Shown here piece after piece: positions 19,890 through 29,202 of a stretch of 64,000 nucleotides of DNA; the first letter of the stretch is position 1; each line of letters opens with the position of its first letter. The notes under the pieces are model-generated. The model made no database searches. It saw nothing but the letters and a program-made list of their open reading frames with translations, and was not told the DNA's origin. Origin of the DNA: Fibrobacteria bacterium (GTDB lineage: Bacteria > Fibrobacterota > Fibrobacteria > UBA11236). The stretch covers positions 9,528-73,527 of the forward strand of contig JAJNBB010000003.1 in assembly GCA_021155885.1 (NCBI GenBank), read 5' to 3'. Made by a program: the position numbers and the translations under genes.

Positions 19890-20543
19890 ATGTCTATTGA
19901 AAGCACGCTCGCCTTCCTGGGAATTTTCGCCTTTCCCGCCGCCATCGGAGTCCTCAGCGGATTTACGCATTGCGTGGGCATGTGCGGGCCGATCCACCTG
20001 TTTCTCGCCCGCGGCGCCGGCCCGGGCCTATGGTTGTATCACGTGGGCCGCATCACCATGTATGCGATCCTCGGCGGCGTGGTCGGCGCGCTGTCCCGCT
20101 CGGTGACGCCTCCTGGAATGCGGTGGGTCTGGATCGTTCTCTTTTTGATGCTGGGATTGCGCCTGCTCGGGGTTCCGCTTTGGCCCGCGGCGTGGGGGAT
20201 GCGTTACGGCGGTTGGCTGATGCGGCGCATTCGCCCGCTGACGGCGCGGGCGGCCGCAGGAAACAAGGGCGTCCTGTATTTCCTGGGCTTGGCGGCGGGC
20301 CTTCTTCCCTGCGCCACCACGCAAGCCGGTTTGGCTTGGGCCGCGAGCACGGGAAGCCCCGCCACGGGCGCCGCGGGCATGGCTCTGCTGGGCGCGGGCA
20401 CGTTGCCCGTGTTCCTGGCGGTTCCCCGCAAGTGGTTTCCGAGCGGCCCATGGTATCACAACCTGCTGGGCGCCTCGCTGATCGTTCTCGCGGCCTGGAA
20501 AGCGTACGCCGCGACCTTCACGGCGGCGCATTCGTGTCATTAA
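19890..20543 (+). CDS. TauE/SafE- or DsbD_2-like membrane protein of cbb3 oxidase clusters
   Basis: Polytopic, 217 aa, with the FTHCVGMCGPI motif typical of this family. It is the first gene of the cco run. Confidence 0.7.
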   Translation: MSIESTLAFLGIFAFPAAIGVLSGFTHCVGMCGPIHLFLARGAGPGLWLYHVGRITMYAILGGVVGALSRSVTPPGMRWVWIVLFLMLGLRLLGVPLWPAAWGMRYGGWLMRRIRPLTARAAAGNKGVLYFLGLAAGLLPCATTQAGLAWAASTGSPATGAAGMALLGAGTLPVFLAVPRKWFPSGPWYHNLLGASLIVLAAWKAYAATFTAAHSCH

Positions 20544-20555
20544 AGGAGAAAGAAA

Positions 20556-21077
20556 ATGAGTGAATCCCGTTCCCACGAAGGCTTGAAGCCCGTTCAGGAG
20601 TACGGCATCCTTGCGCTGCTCGTCCTAATCGCCGTTCCGCTTTCGATGTGGATGGGATTGCGCGACGGCCTTGACCTGGTGAAGCGCGCCGATTGGAAGC
20701 GCGAAACGGCGGTTCCGGCGGCCGCTCCGGCGAAGGGAACGGCGGACGCCGCTCCGCCCTCGACTCCGGAAGGCGTGAAGCGGGGGGAAGCCGTTTTCCA
20801 GGCGAACTGCGTGGCTTGTCACGGTTCCAATGCCGACGGCAAAGGCCCGGCCGCGGTGGCGTTCACCCCGCCACCGCGTGACTTCACGGACCCCAAGGCG
20901 AAGTGGACTCAAGGACGTTCGCCCGCAGAGGTTTTCGCCACGATCGCCGAGGGCGTGCAGGGCACGGGGATGGCGGGATTCGCGGCCAGCCTCAGCGAGG
21001 CGCAACGCTGGGACCTCACGCACTACATCCGTTCGCTTCCGGGCATCGGGAAGTCCGCGGACGCGGAGGACCCCTGA
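20556..21077 (+). CDS. membrane-anchored monoheme c-type cytochrome
   Basis: N-terminal TM helix, a single CVACHG heme site and a distal Met (GTGMAGF). Confidence 0.8.
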   Translation: MSESRSHEGLKPVQEYGILALLVLIAVPLSMWMGLRDGLDLVKRADWKRETAVPAAAPAKGTADAAPPSTPEGVKRGEAVFQANCVACHGSNADGKGPAAVAFTPPPRDFTDPKAKWTQGRSPAEVFATIAEGVQGTGMAGFAASLSEAQRWDLTHYIRSLPGIGKSADAEDP

Positions 21078-21301
21078 TGGAAGTGCTGTTTTTTTTGATC
21101 CCGCTCTCGGTCGCCCTGGCCGCGGGATTCACCATTGCCTGCCTGGGCTCCATCCGGGACGGGCAATTCGACGACATGGAAAGTCCGCGCTGGCGCGTAC
21201 TGTTCGATCGCAATGAAAAAAGACCCGAATCGACCGCGGTGAAACCCGCCGCGACGGGGTTAGAAATGCGCATGAAACCGCAAAGGAGCGAGCCCCTATG
21301 A
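21077..21301 (+). CDS. ccoS: cbb3 oxidase maturation protein CcoS
   Basis: [37 protein letters not shown] matches the CcoS/FixS pattern. ATGA overlaps occur at both ends. Confidence 0.8.
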   Translation: MEVLFFLIPLSVALAAGFTIACLGSIRDGQFDDMESPRWRVLFDRNEKRPESTAVKPAATGLEMRMKPQRSEPL

Positions 21302-23403
21302 CGACCGTCCGCTTTGACGATAAAATCGTCCGCATGTTTTTGTTCGCCACGCTTTTCTGGGGGCTGGTGGGCATGTCGGTGGGCGTGCTGCTGGCGCTGC
21401 AACTGGCCGACTGGCGCTTCAACTTCGAGATCCCCTGGCTGACGTTCGGGCGCCTGCGGCCGGTTCATACCAACGCCGTGATCTTCGCCTTCGCGGGGAA
21501 CGCAATCTTTTGCGGCGTTTATTATTCCTCGCAGCGATTGCTCAAGGCGCGCTTGTTCAGCGACCTTGTCTCGCGCATCCACTTCTGGGGATGGCAGCTG
21601 ATCATCGTGCTGGCGGCTTGCAGCTTCGTCATGGGAATCACGACCGGAAAGGAATACGCCGAGCTCGAATGGCCGCTCGATTTGATGGTCGCCGTGATCT
21701 GGCTGCTGTTCGCCTTCAATTTCTTCGCGACGCTGGCGCGGAGGCGCGAAAAGCACATCTACGTGGCGCTCTGGTTCTACATCGGCACCATCATCACCAT
21801 CACCGTGCTGCACGTCGTGAACTCCCTGGCCATCCCGGTGTCGCTCACGAAAAGCTATCCCATTTACGCGGGCGTGCAGGACGCGCTGGTCCAGTGGTGG
21901 TACGGGCATAACGCGGTGGGGTTCTTTCTCACCACGCCCTTCCTCGGCCTGATGTACTACTTCGTGCCCAAGGCAGCGGAACGCCCCATCTATTCCTACC
22001 GCCTCTCGATCATGCATTTCTGGGCCCTGGTGTTCCTCTACATCTGGGCGGGCCCGCATCACCTTCACTATACCGCGCTGCCCGACTGGGCGCAGTCGCT
22101 CGGCATGGTGTTCTCGGTGATGTTGCTGGCTCCCTCGTGGGGCGGCATGATCAATGGCCTGCTGACCTTGCGGGGCGCGTGGGACCGACTGCGCGTCGAC
22201 CCGGTCCTCAAGTTCTTCGCCGCGGCGATCACCTTCTACGGAATGTCCACCTTCGAGGGCCCGCTGATGGCCATCAAGAGCGTCAACGCCCTGTCGCACT
22301 ACACCGACTGGACGGTCGGGCACGTGCACAACGGGGCGCTGGGATGGGTCGCGCTGTTGATCTTCGGCATGGTCTACTGGCTCGTGCCCCGCATGTGGAA
22401 CACCAAGCTCCACAGCATCGCGCTCGCGAACGCGCACTTCTGGCTCGCGATGGTGGGCATCCTCTTCTACATCGTCTCGATGTGGGCCGCGGGCATCACC
22501 CAGGGCCTGATGTGGAAGGAGTTCACCGCCGACGGGTTGCTGGCCTATCCGTCCTTCCTGGAAACCGTCACCAAGATGCATCCCTATTATTTGGGAAGGG
22601 CGCTGGGAGGGGTGATTTTCCTGGCCGGCCTGATCATGCTGATCATCAACCTGGCGCTCACGATTCGCGCGGGCAGGTTCTCGGAAGGCGAGATTCAGGT
22701 TCCCGAACCGAAGCCGATCGAACACAAACCGTCCCACTGGCACGCCGTGCTGGAGCGCAAGCCCTTCCTGATGGCGATTTTGGCCTTGGTAGTGATCACC
22801 ATCGGCGGCATCGTCGAAATGATGCCGACTTTCCTGATCAAGGGGAACATCCCCACCATCGCCTCGGTCAAGCCATGGTCTCCGCTGGAGCTTGAGGGGC
22901 GGGACATCTACGTGCGCGAAGGGTGTTACGCCTGCCATTCGCAGATGGTGCGCCCCTTCCGGGACGAACTGGCCCGGTACGGCGAGTATTCCCGTCCCGG
23001 TGAATTCATCTATGACCGCCCGTTCCAGTGGGGATCCAAGCGCACCGGGCCCGACCTTCATCGGGTGGGGGGCCGATACAGCAACTTGTGGCACCTGCGC
23101 CACCTCGAGGATCCCCGCCTGACCTCGCCCGGATCCGTCATGCCCTCGTACGCCTTTTTGACCTCAGGGGTGCTTGACCTCGGACACATCACCCGCAAGA
23201 TCCAGGTCATGAAGGACCTGGGAGCGCCTTATTCCGAGGAGCAGGTCCGGCATGCCGGGCGCGACGCGAAATGGCAGGCCCGCGGCATCGCCGACGACCT
23301 GCGCCGCAACGGCGTCGACGTCGCCCCCGACCGCGAGATCATCGCCCTGATCGCTTACCTGCAGCGGCTCGGCACCGACATCAAGAAAGGAGGTCCCCTG
23401 TGA
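21298..23403 (+). CDS. ccoNO: cbb3-type cytochrome c oxidase, fused subunits I and II (CcoN-CcoO)
   Basis: 701 aa. The N-terminal roughly 470 aa is a 12-TM heme-copper subunit ([36 protein letters not shown]). The C-terminal part is CcoO with CYACHSQ and [10 protein letters not shown]. Confidence 0.93.
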   Translation: MTTVRFDDKIVRMFLFATLFWGLVGMSVGVLLALQLADWRFNFEIPWLTFGRLRPVHTNAVIFAFAGNAIFCGVYYSSQRLLKARLFSDLVSRIHFWGWQLIIVLAACSFVMGITTGKEYAELEWPLDLMVAVIWLLFAFNFFATLARRREKHIYVALWFYIGTIITITVLHVVNSLAIPVSLTKSYPIYAGVQDALVQWWYGHNAVGFFLTTPFLGLMYYFVPKAAERPIYSYRLSIMHFWALVFLYIWAGPHHLHYTALPDWAQSLGMVFSVMLLAPSWGGMINGLLTLRGAWDRLRVDPVLKFFAAAITFYGMSTFEGPLMAIKSVNALSHYTDWTVGHVHNGALGWVALLIFGMVYWLVPRMWNTKLHSIALANAHFWLAMVGILFYIVSMWAAGITQGLMWKEFTADGLLAYPSFLETVTKMHPYYLGRALGGVIFLAGLIMLIINLALTIRAGRFSEGEIQVPEPKPIEHKPSHWHAVLERKPFLMAILALVVITIGGIVEMMPTFLIKGNIPTIASVKPWSPLELEGRDIYVREGCYACHSQMVRPFRDELARYGEYSRPGEFIYDRPFQWGSKRTGPDLHRVGGRYSNLWHLRHLEDPRLTSPGSVMPSYAFLTSGVLDLGHITRKIQVMKDLGAPYSEEQVRHAGRDAKWQARGIADDLRRNGVDVAPDREIIALIAYLQRLGTDIKKGGPL

Positions 23404-23585
23404 TGCGACTCGTTATGGAAAGCGCCGGCCTGACGTTCTGGCCCTCGCTTTCCCTGGCCCTTTTCATGGGCTCGTGCCTCGTTATGCTGGCTTGGCTTTT
23501 TCGTCCCGGCTCCCGCGACTTTTACCGCGCAATGAGCGGCATCGCGCTCAACGACGCCGAACCCCTCTCCGGAAGGGAGGAATAG
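23403..23585 (+). CDS. small single-TM protein, CcoQ/FixQ-like by position
   Basis: 60 aa with one TM helix. It overlaps the ccoNO stop (TGATG) and sits where ccoQ normally sits. Confidence 0.45.
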   Translation: MRLVMESAGLTFWPSLSLALFMGSCLVMLAWLFRPGSRDFYRAMSGIALNDAEPLSGREE

Positions 23586-23586
23586 C

Positions 23587-24171
23587 ATGGAAAAGAAAGA
23601 CGAAATCCTCGATCATGGGCAGGATTACGACGGCATCAAGGAATACGATAATCCTTTGCCCCGCTGGTTTTTGCTGATGTTCTACGGCAGCATCCTTTTT
23701 TCGTTCGCCTACATGGCCTATTATACGGCCAAGACCTGGTCGATCGCCGACGCCAGCGGCCGCAGCGCGAACCTGGCTTGGTCGGGAGCCCGCGTTGCGG
23801 CCGAAGTGCGCGAGGCCGAGAGCGGGCACGCGAATTTCGTTCCTCCCGAGGGCGATGCCCTCCTGAGCTTCGTCCGGTCCCCGGGGAACATCTCGAGGGG
23901 CGAGGCCCTGTTCAAGGCGAACTGCGTGGCCTGCCACGGGGAAAACGGGCAAGGCGTGGTCGGGCCCAATCTGACGGATCGCTTCTGGATCCACGGCGGC
24001 AAGCCCGAGGAAGTATTGCTCAGCATCGCGCAAGGGTGGCCCGGAAACGGGATGCCCGCGTGGGGGGCTTCCCAGGGGCCTGAAAAGGTGCACTGGCTCA
24101 CGGCCTATGTGATGAGCTTGCGCGGACGCAGCGTGTCGAATCCCAAGGCCCCCCAGGGCATCGAGGAATAG
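23587..24171 (+). CDS. ccoP: cbb3 oxidase subunit III, monoheme form
   Basis: The N-terminal CcoP/FixP motif DGIKEYDNPLPRWF precedes a TM helix. One CVACHG heme site and GMPAW. Confidence 0.8.
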   Translation: MEKKDEILDHGQDYDGIKEYDNPLPRWFLLMFYGSILFSFAYMAYYTAKTWSIADASGRSANLAWSGARVAAEVREAESGHANFVPPEGDALLSFVRSPGNISRGEALFKANCVACHGENGQGVVGPNLTDRFWIHGGKPEEVLLSIAQGWPGNGMPAWGASQGPEKVHWLTAYVMSLRGRSVSNPKAPQGIEE

Positions 24172-24188
24172 GGCCGAAAGGAAGTCTC

Positions 24189-25655
24189 ATGATTTCGCAG
24201 GAATCCGCACCCATCGCGAACGCTCCGCCGCCCGCACGCCCTAAGGTCTCCGATTTGCTGCGGCTCGGCGAGAACGAAACCCAGCCGACCATCGGGGAGG
24301 GCGGGCGCCGGAACTGGATTTACGCGCGCGAGGTGAAGGGCGCGCTCACGCGCCGCCGGAATTTCGTCGCCTGGATTCTCCTCGTCGTGTACCTCGGTGT
24401 TCCCTGGCTGCAATGGCGCGGCGTGCCGCTGGTGCAGGTAGACGTATTCGCCCGTCGCCTCGCCCTGTTCGGCAAATACTTTTACCCCCAGGACATCGGC
24501 CTGTTCGTTCCCGCGCTCCTGGCATTCATCGTTTTCGTGTTTCTGGTCACGGCCAAATGGGGGCGTGTCTGGTGCGGGTGGGCTTGCCCGCAAACCGTTT
24601 TCCTGCAATTCGTATTCGCGCCTCTGGAGCGCTGGATCGAGGGGAACGCGGGCGTGCGGCGCCGGCGCGATCAGGGCAAGCCGACCTTCGATTGGGCCTG
24701 GCGGAAGGTACTGAAACAGGGGGTCTTTCTCGCGGTCTCGGCCCTGATAGGCAACACCGCGCTGGCCTACTTCTGGGGACTCGAAAACGTCCTGGGGGCA
24801 TTGAGTCACGCGCCCGCCGAAAACCCCACAGGATTCGCCTTCGTGACCTCGTTCACCCTCCTGTTTTACGGGGTGTTCGCTTTTTTCAAGGAGCAGGCTT
24901 GCGTCCTGATTTGCCCCTACGCGAAGTTTCAAAGCGTGCTCCTGGATGAACGCAGCCTGATCGTCGGCTACGACGCGCGGCGCGGGGAACCGCGGGGGAG
25001 GGCGCCTTCGGGATCGGGGGGCTCCCGCTCCGGGCTCGGCGATTGCGTCGACTGCGGGCACTGCGTGCAGGTTTGTCCCACGGGCATCGATATCCGCAAG
25101 GGGGTGCAGCTCGAGTGCATTGCCTGCACGCGCTGCGTGGACGCCTGCGACTCCATCATGACCGCCTGGAAAAAGCCCGCCGGGCTGATCCGCTACGCCT
25201 CCCTTTCCGAACTGGAAGGGAAATCCGACGCGCGTTTCCGCAAACGCCTGCTGGTCTACGGCGTCCTCTCGGTCGTGTTGGGTTCCATGTCGGCATGGGC
25301 TCTATGGACGCGGCCGGAAGTCAGCGTCGACATCCTGCGCGTGGGGCGCAATCCCTATGAGCGGGTGGGGGAGGATTCGGTCCTGAACACCTTCAGCCTG
25401 AACTTGCGAAACAAAAGCCCGCATCGCCGCGAGCTCGGGGTGGAGTTTGCCGAACCTTTCCAGGGCCGCCACGATTGGCAGGGCCGCCGTTACGCTTTGG
25501 GTTCGGGCCAGCGCCTTCGCGTCCCTTTCACGGTCACCTCGAGCCGTTCCGAGTTTTCCCGCGGCAAGCGGAAGCTTTCCTTGAACCTCACCGACGGGAA
25601 GGAATCCTGGAAGTTCGAGGCGACTTTGGCCGGCCCCTTCGGACCCGGAGAATGA
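24189..25655 (+). CDS. ccoG: cytochrome c oxidase accessory protein CcoG (4Fe-4S)
   Basis: GRVWCGWACPQ, CPYAKFQ and the ferredoxin motifs CVDCGHCVQVCP and CIACTRCVDACD. Confidence 0.88.
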   Translation: MISQESAPIANAPPPARPKVSDLLRLGENETQPTIGEGGRRNWIYAREVKGALTRRRNFVAWILLVVYLGVPWLQWRGVPLVQVDVFARRLALFGKYFYPQDIGLFVPALLAFIVFVFLVTAKWGRVWCGWACPQTVFLQFVFAPLERWIEGNAGVRRRRDQGKPTFDWAWRKVLKQGVFLAVSALIGNTALAYFWGLENVLGALSHAPAENPTGFAFVTSFTLLFYGVFAFFKEQACVLICPYAKFQSVLLDERSLIVGYDARRGEPRGRAPSGSGGSRSGLGDCVDCGHCVQVCPTGIDIRKGVQLECIACTRCVDACDSIMTAWKKPAGLIRYASLSELEGKSDARFRKRLLVYGVLSVVLGSMSAWALWTRPEVSVDILRVGRNPYERVGEDSVLNTFSLNLRNKSPHRRELGVEFAEPFQGRHDWQGRRYALGSGQRLRVPFTVTSSRSEFSRGKRKLSLNLTDGKESWKFEATLAGPFGPGE

Positions 25656-26137
25656 ACATGCGCCTGCCCGCCTGGATGATTTTTCTCGGTGCCACCGCGA
25701 CGCTGTGCGTGACAGCGGGCATCGGCCTGGTGGTGATATCCTCGCGCAACCAGCACGTGCTGGTGGGCCGGGATTATTACCGGGAAGGCCTGCGACTCGA
25801 TATTCACCGCGCCCGCGAGGCCGCGTTCGATTCCCTGGGATGGGACCTGACGTTACGCAGGGACGGGAAATGGCTGGTGGTCGAAGCCGATCGCGCCCAC
25901 CCGGAAACTCACGCGATTGCAGGCGGTCTGGCGGGATTGTCCCTCGTGCTGCAGCTGCGTCGTCCCGATGACGCCTCGGCCGATCTCGACGCTCCGTTGA
26001 CCTTAACGTCGCAGGACCCGCCGTCGTGGGCTGGGATCTATGAACTGCGCCCCGGCCATTGGAACGCGCGGGCCGTGTTTTCGGATTCAGGCGGACCGCG
26101 CTTCGAGCGAAGCCTGACGCTCGTGGGGACGCCATGA
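25652..26137 (+). CDS. ccoH: FixH/CcoH family protein
   Basis: One N-terminal TM helix followed by YYREGL. ATGA-type overlaps with ccoG and ccoI. Confidence 0.7.
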   Translation: MNMRLPAWMIFLGATATLCVTAGIGLVVISSRNQHVLVGRDYYREGLRLDIHRAREAAFDSLGWDLTLRRDGKWLVVEADRAHPETHAIAGGLAGLSLVLQLRRPDDASADLDAPLTLTSQDPPSWAGIYELRPGHWNARAVFSDSGGPRFERSLTLVGTP

Positions 26138-28737
26138 TCCAGTCGATCGCCCGCGCCACGTCCCTGGAAAAGGCTTGCCGTCACTGCGGTGCCGACCTGT
26201 TCGGCGCCGGACTTGCCGGCGAGAACGAGGACCGCTTTTGCTGCGAAGGGTGCCGCGTGGTTTACGGCCTTTTGTCGGGGGCCGGGGAGGGCGCCTACTA
26301 CGATCTTTTGAAGCAATCCGGGGTCCGGGCTCCCCGGGCGACCGTCGCGCCCGCGTACCGGGCCTACCTCGAGACGCTGAGGGATCCCGCCGCCTTGCGC
26401 GGCATAGGACGCTGGGAACAGGGCACCCACGCGGTGACCTTGGAATGCCCGGACCTGCAATGCGCGGCCTGCGGCTGGTTGATGGAGCGTCTCCTCGGGC
26501 AGACTCCGGGAATGACCGACTATGAGGTCGATTTCATCCATGGAGAAATGCATGTGCGCTATGACGCCGGCCAGGTTCTGCTGCCGGAGGTTCTAGAGAG
26601 CCTGGGCCGGTACGGCTACGCCTTCAAGCCCAAGATCTCGCGCGAGGTGCGTCCCGCGCTGGACCGGGCGGCCTGGATGCGTCTGGCCGTCGCGGCCGCC
26701 TGCTTCATGAACGCCATGGCCTTCGCCCTCGGGCCTTATCTCGGTTTCCCGCGCGGCATGGACGCGGATTGGAGCCGGGTCTTGAGCTGGTGGAGTTTCG
26801 CCAGCGCGGTTCCCGCCGTGGTTTTTTCGGCTTGGCCGTTTTACCAGGGCGCTTGGCGCGCTCTGCGCGGCCGCTCGTTTACGATCGACGTCACCGTAAC
26901 GATCGGCATCGCCCTGGCCTTCACGGCCTCGCTGGCCTCCGTAGTTTCAGGGGCACTTGCGGGCGCCGCCGCCGCCCCGGATTCCTTTAACTTTTCCGAC
27001 ACGCTGGCCGGCCTGGTCTTCTTCCTCCTGCTCGGCCGGTACGCCGTGCGCCGCTTCGAGGGTGGCCTGTTGTTGCGAAACCGCTGGCACGAGGCCTTGA
27101 GCCCGGACCGCGTGCGCAGCATCGGACCCGATGGAAAAATGGAATGGAAGCCCCTCACCGAAGTGAAGGCCGGTGATTTGATTGAAGTGGCGGCCGACGA
27201 ATACCTGCCCATCGACGGCAATGCCGTGTCCGGTCCGGGGCAGGTGGATACCGCCTTCCTGACGGGAGAGGACCGGCCGCGTCCCTTCGAAGCGGGGGAC
27301 TTTTTGTTCGCGGGGTACCGCGCGCTGGGAGGGCCGTCCGGCGGGGCCCTGCGCGTGCGCGTGGTCAACCCGCATGCGGTCACGCGGGCCGCGGGCTTGC
27401 GCGCGGCGCTGGAATCGCTCACGGCGCGCAAGCGCGAGCGCCACGTGCGCCGGGAGCGCGTCGCCCTCGCCTTCACCTTGACCATCGTCGCCGCCGCGCT
27501 GGCGACCTTGTTTTTGCACTGGCACCGTGGATGGGATCAGGCCCTGTTTTCCGCCGCCGCGGTCTTCATCGTCTCCTGTTCCTGCGCGCTTGCCCTGGCG
27601 GTGCCGATCAGCCGGGGAATCGGCCTCCTGCGCGCGCACCGGCTCGGCTTCCATTTCAAATCCCAGGAGACCCTCGAAAACCTGGCCGACGTCCGGTCGG
27701 TGCTGTTCGACAAAACCGGCACGCTGACGTTCACCCGGCGCACTTTGGAGGCCTGGGAATGGGCCGCGGATTTTCCCTCTGACCCGGAAAGCCGGGAGCG
27801 CGTGCTTCGCGCCGTCGGGCGCCTTGCCGGAATGAGCGCGCATCCCGTGGCGCTCGCCTTGCACGAAAACCTGGCGAGCGGACGGGGGAGCGGCGACATT
27901 AGCGGCTTCACCGAGATCCCGCATTTCGGATTGGCCGGCGCCTGGCACGAAAGCGGGGGAGGCGAAGGAAGGCCTGAAACCGGCGCGTCGATCTGCCTGT
28001 GCCGGTATGGGGCCTGGAAGGGTGAGGCCCGTGAGTTTCGCGCCCTGGGCTTGCAGGTTCCGGAGGTTCCGGAGACTCACGAGGCGTCGCCGCCCTCGTC
28101 GTGCGTGTTCGTGAACGGCAAATGGGCGGCCTCGATCCGCCTGGGAGAAGAGATCAAGCCCGGCGTACGCACCTTGTTGCAGGGCCTTTCGAAACGGGGA
28201 ATCCGCGTCGGCCTGCTTTCGGGAGATTTGCCGGCGCGCGTCGCCGTCTTTGCCGAAGCGTGCGGGTTCGCCACCTACCAGGGCGGCCTGTCCCCCGAAC
28301 AAAAGCAGGCCGAGGCCCGGTCGTTCCAGGAAAAACATGGGCGCGCCCTTGCCGTCGGCGACGGGTACAACGACAGCCTGCTCTTCGGCGAGGCCGCGAT
28401 CTCGCTGGCCGTACAAGGCTCGGCGGGACCCGTGGCGGCGGGATCGGACCTGTTCATGACCTCCGCGGACCCGGGCGCCCTGCTCGACCTGCTGCGCGTC
28501 GCCGAGGGCACCCGGCGCAGCATCCGCAACTGTTATCTGGTTTCGGGGTTCTACAACGCCGGGGCGGTCTCGCTGGCCGTGGCGGGCCTGGTTTCCCCGC
28601 TGACCGCCGCCATCCTGATGCCCATCGCCAGCCTCTCGCTTTGTTTGACCGCCTGGATCACCGTGCCGCGCCCGCGCCGACCGGACGCGGCGAACCCGGA
28701 AACGTTGTTGAAGTTGAAAAATTTGACTACTCATTAA
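26134..28737 (+). CDS. ccoI: P1B-type heavy-metal ATPase of the CcoI/FixI class
   Basis: N-terminal CRHCG...FCCEGC metal-binding segment, an HMA-like CAAC, then TGE, DKTGTLT, SAHP and GDGYND. The TM6 motif reads CSC rather than CPC (see findings). Confidence 0.85.
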   Translation: MIQSIARATSLEKACRHCGADLFGAGLAGENEDRFCCEGCRVVYGLLSGAGEGAYYDLLKQSGVRAPRATVAPAYRAYLETLRDPAALRGIGRWEQGTHAVTLECPDLQCAACGWLMERLLGQTPGMTDYEVDFIHGEMHVRYDAGQVLLPEVLESLGRYGYAFKPKISREVRPALDRAAWMRLAVAAACFMNAMAFALGPYLGFPRGMDADWSRVLSWWSFASAVPAVVFSAWPFYQGAWRALRGRSFTIDVTVTIGIALAFTASLASVVSGALAGAAAAPDSFNFSDTLAGLVFFLLLGRYAVRRFEGGLLLRNRWHEALSPDRVRSIGPDGKMEWKPLTEVKAGDLIEVAADEYLPIDGNAVSGPGQVDTAFLTGEDRPRPFEAGDFLFAGYRALGGPSGGALRVRVVNPHAVTRAAGLRAALESLTARKRERHVRRERVALAFTLTIVAAALATLFLHWHRGWDQALFSAAAVFIVSCSCALALAVPISRGIGLLRAHRLGFHFKSQETLENLADVRSVLFDKTGTLTFTRRTLEAWEWAADFPSDPESRERVLRAVGRLAGMSAHPVALALHENLASGRGSGDISGFTEIPHFGLAGAWHESGGGEGRPETGASICLCRYGAWKGEAREFRALGLQVPEVPETHEASPPSSCVFVNGKWAASIRLGEEIKPGVRTLLQGLSKRGIRVGLLSGDLPARVAVFAEACGFATYQGGLSPEQKQAEARSFQEKHGRALAVGDGYNDSLLFGEAAISLAVQGSAGPVAAGSDLFMTSADPGALLDLLRVAEGTRRSIRNCYLVSGFYNAGAVSLAVAGLVSPLTAAILMPIASLSLCLTAWITVPRPRRPDAANPETLLKLKNLTTH

Positions 28738-28742
28738 TCCAT

Positions 28743-29192
28743 ATGCTTTCCTTATCTCTCAGTAGTACCGCCGAATATGCCCTGCGCGCCATGACGACCC
28801 TGGCGCTCGATGGCGGTGAAAAGGCCATCAACGCCCGCGATCTGGCGGTGGTGACGCGGGTCCCAGTGCACTACCTCAACAAAATCATGAAACAGCTGGT
28901 CGAAGCCGGGCTCGTCACGAGCGCCAAGGGCCATGGCGGCGGGTTTCGGCTGGGGAAGCTTCCTTCGCGGATCTCCTATCTCGACATTCTCAAGGTGGTG
29001 GGCTACAATTTCGACTCGCGCCAATGCGTGTTCGGCTGGGATGCCTGCCGGTCCGACAGGCCCTGTCCGATGCATGATGCGTGGAGCAAGGCCAACGAGG
29101 ATTTCGTGGACTGGGCGCGCCGGACCACCCTGACGTCCTTGCGCAAGCCGACGCATGCCGGCTGGCGCGAAGCGCACAAGGTAGGCTCCTAG
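28743..29192 (+). CDS. Rrf2 family transcriptional regulator with a three-Cys cluster site
   Basis: The N-terminus STAEYALRAMTTLA and the wHTH ARDLAVVTRVPVHYLNKIMKQLVEAGLVTSAKGHGGGFRL. Cys triad: C-x7-C-x5-C (CVFGWDACRSDRPC). Confidence 0.85.
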   Translation: MLSLSLSSTAEYALRAMTTLALDGGEKAINARDLAVVTRVPVHYLNKIMKQLVEAGLVTSAKGHGGGFRLGKLPSRISYLDILKVVGYNFDSRQCVFGWDACRSDRPCPMHDAWSKANEDFVDWARRTTLTSLRKPTHAGWREAHKVGS

Positions 29193-29202
29193 TTTCAAAA
29201 GC

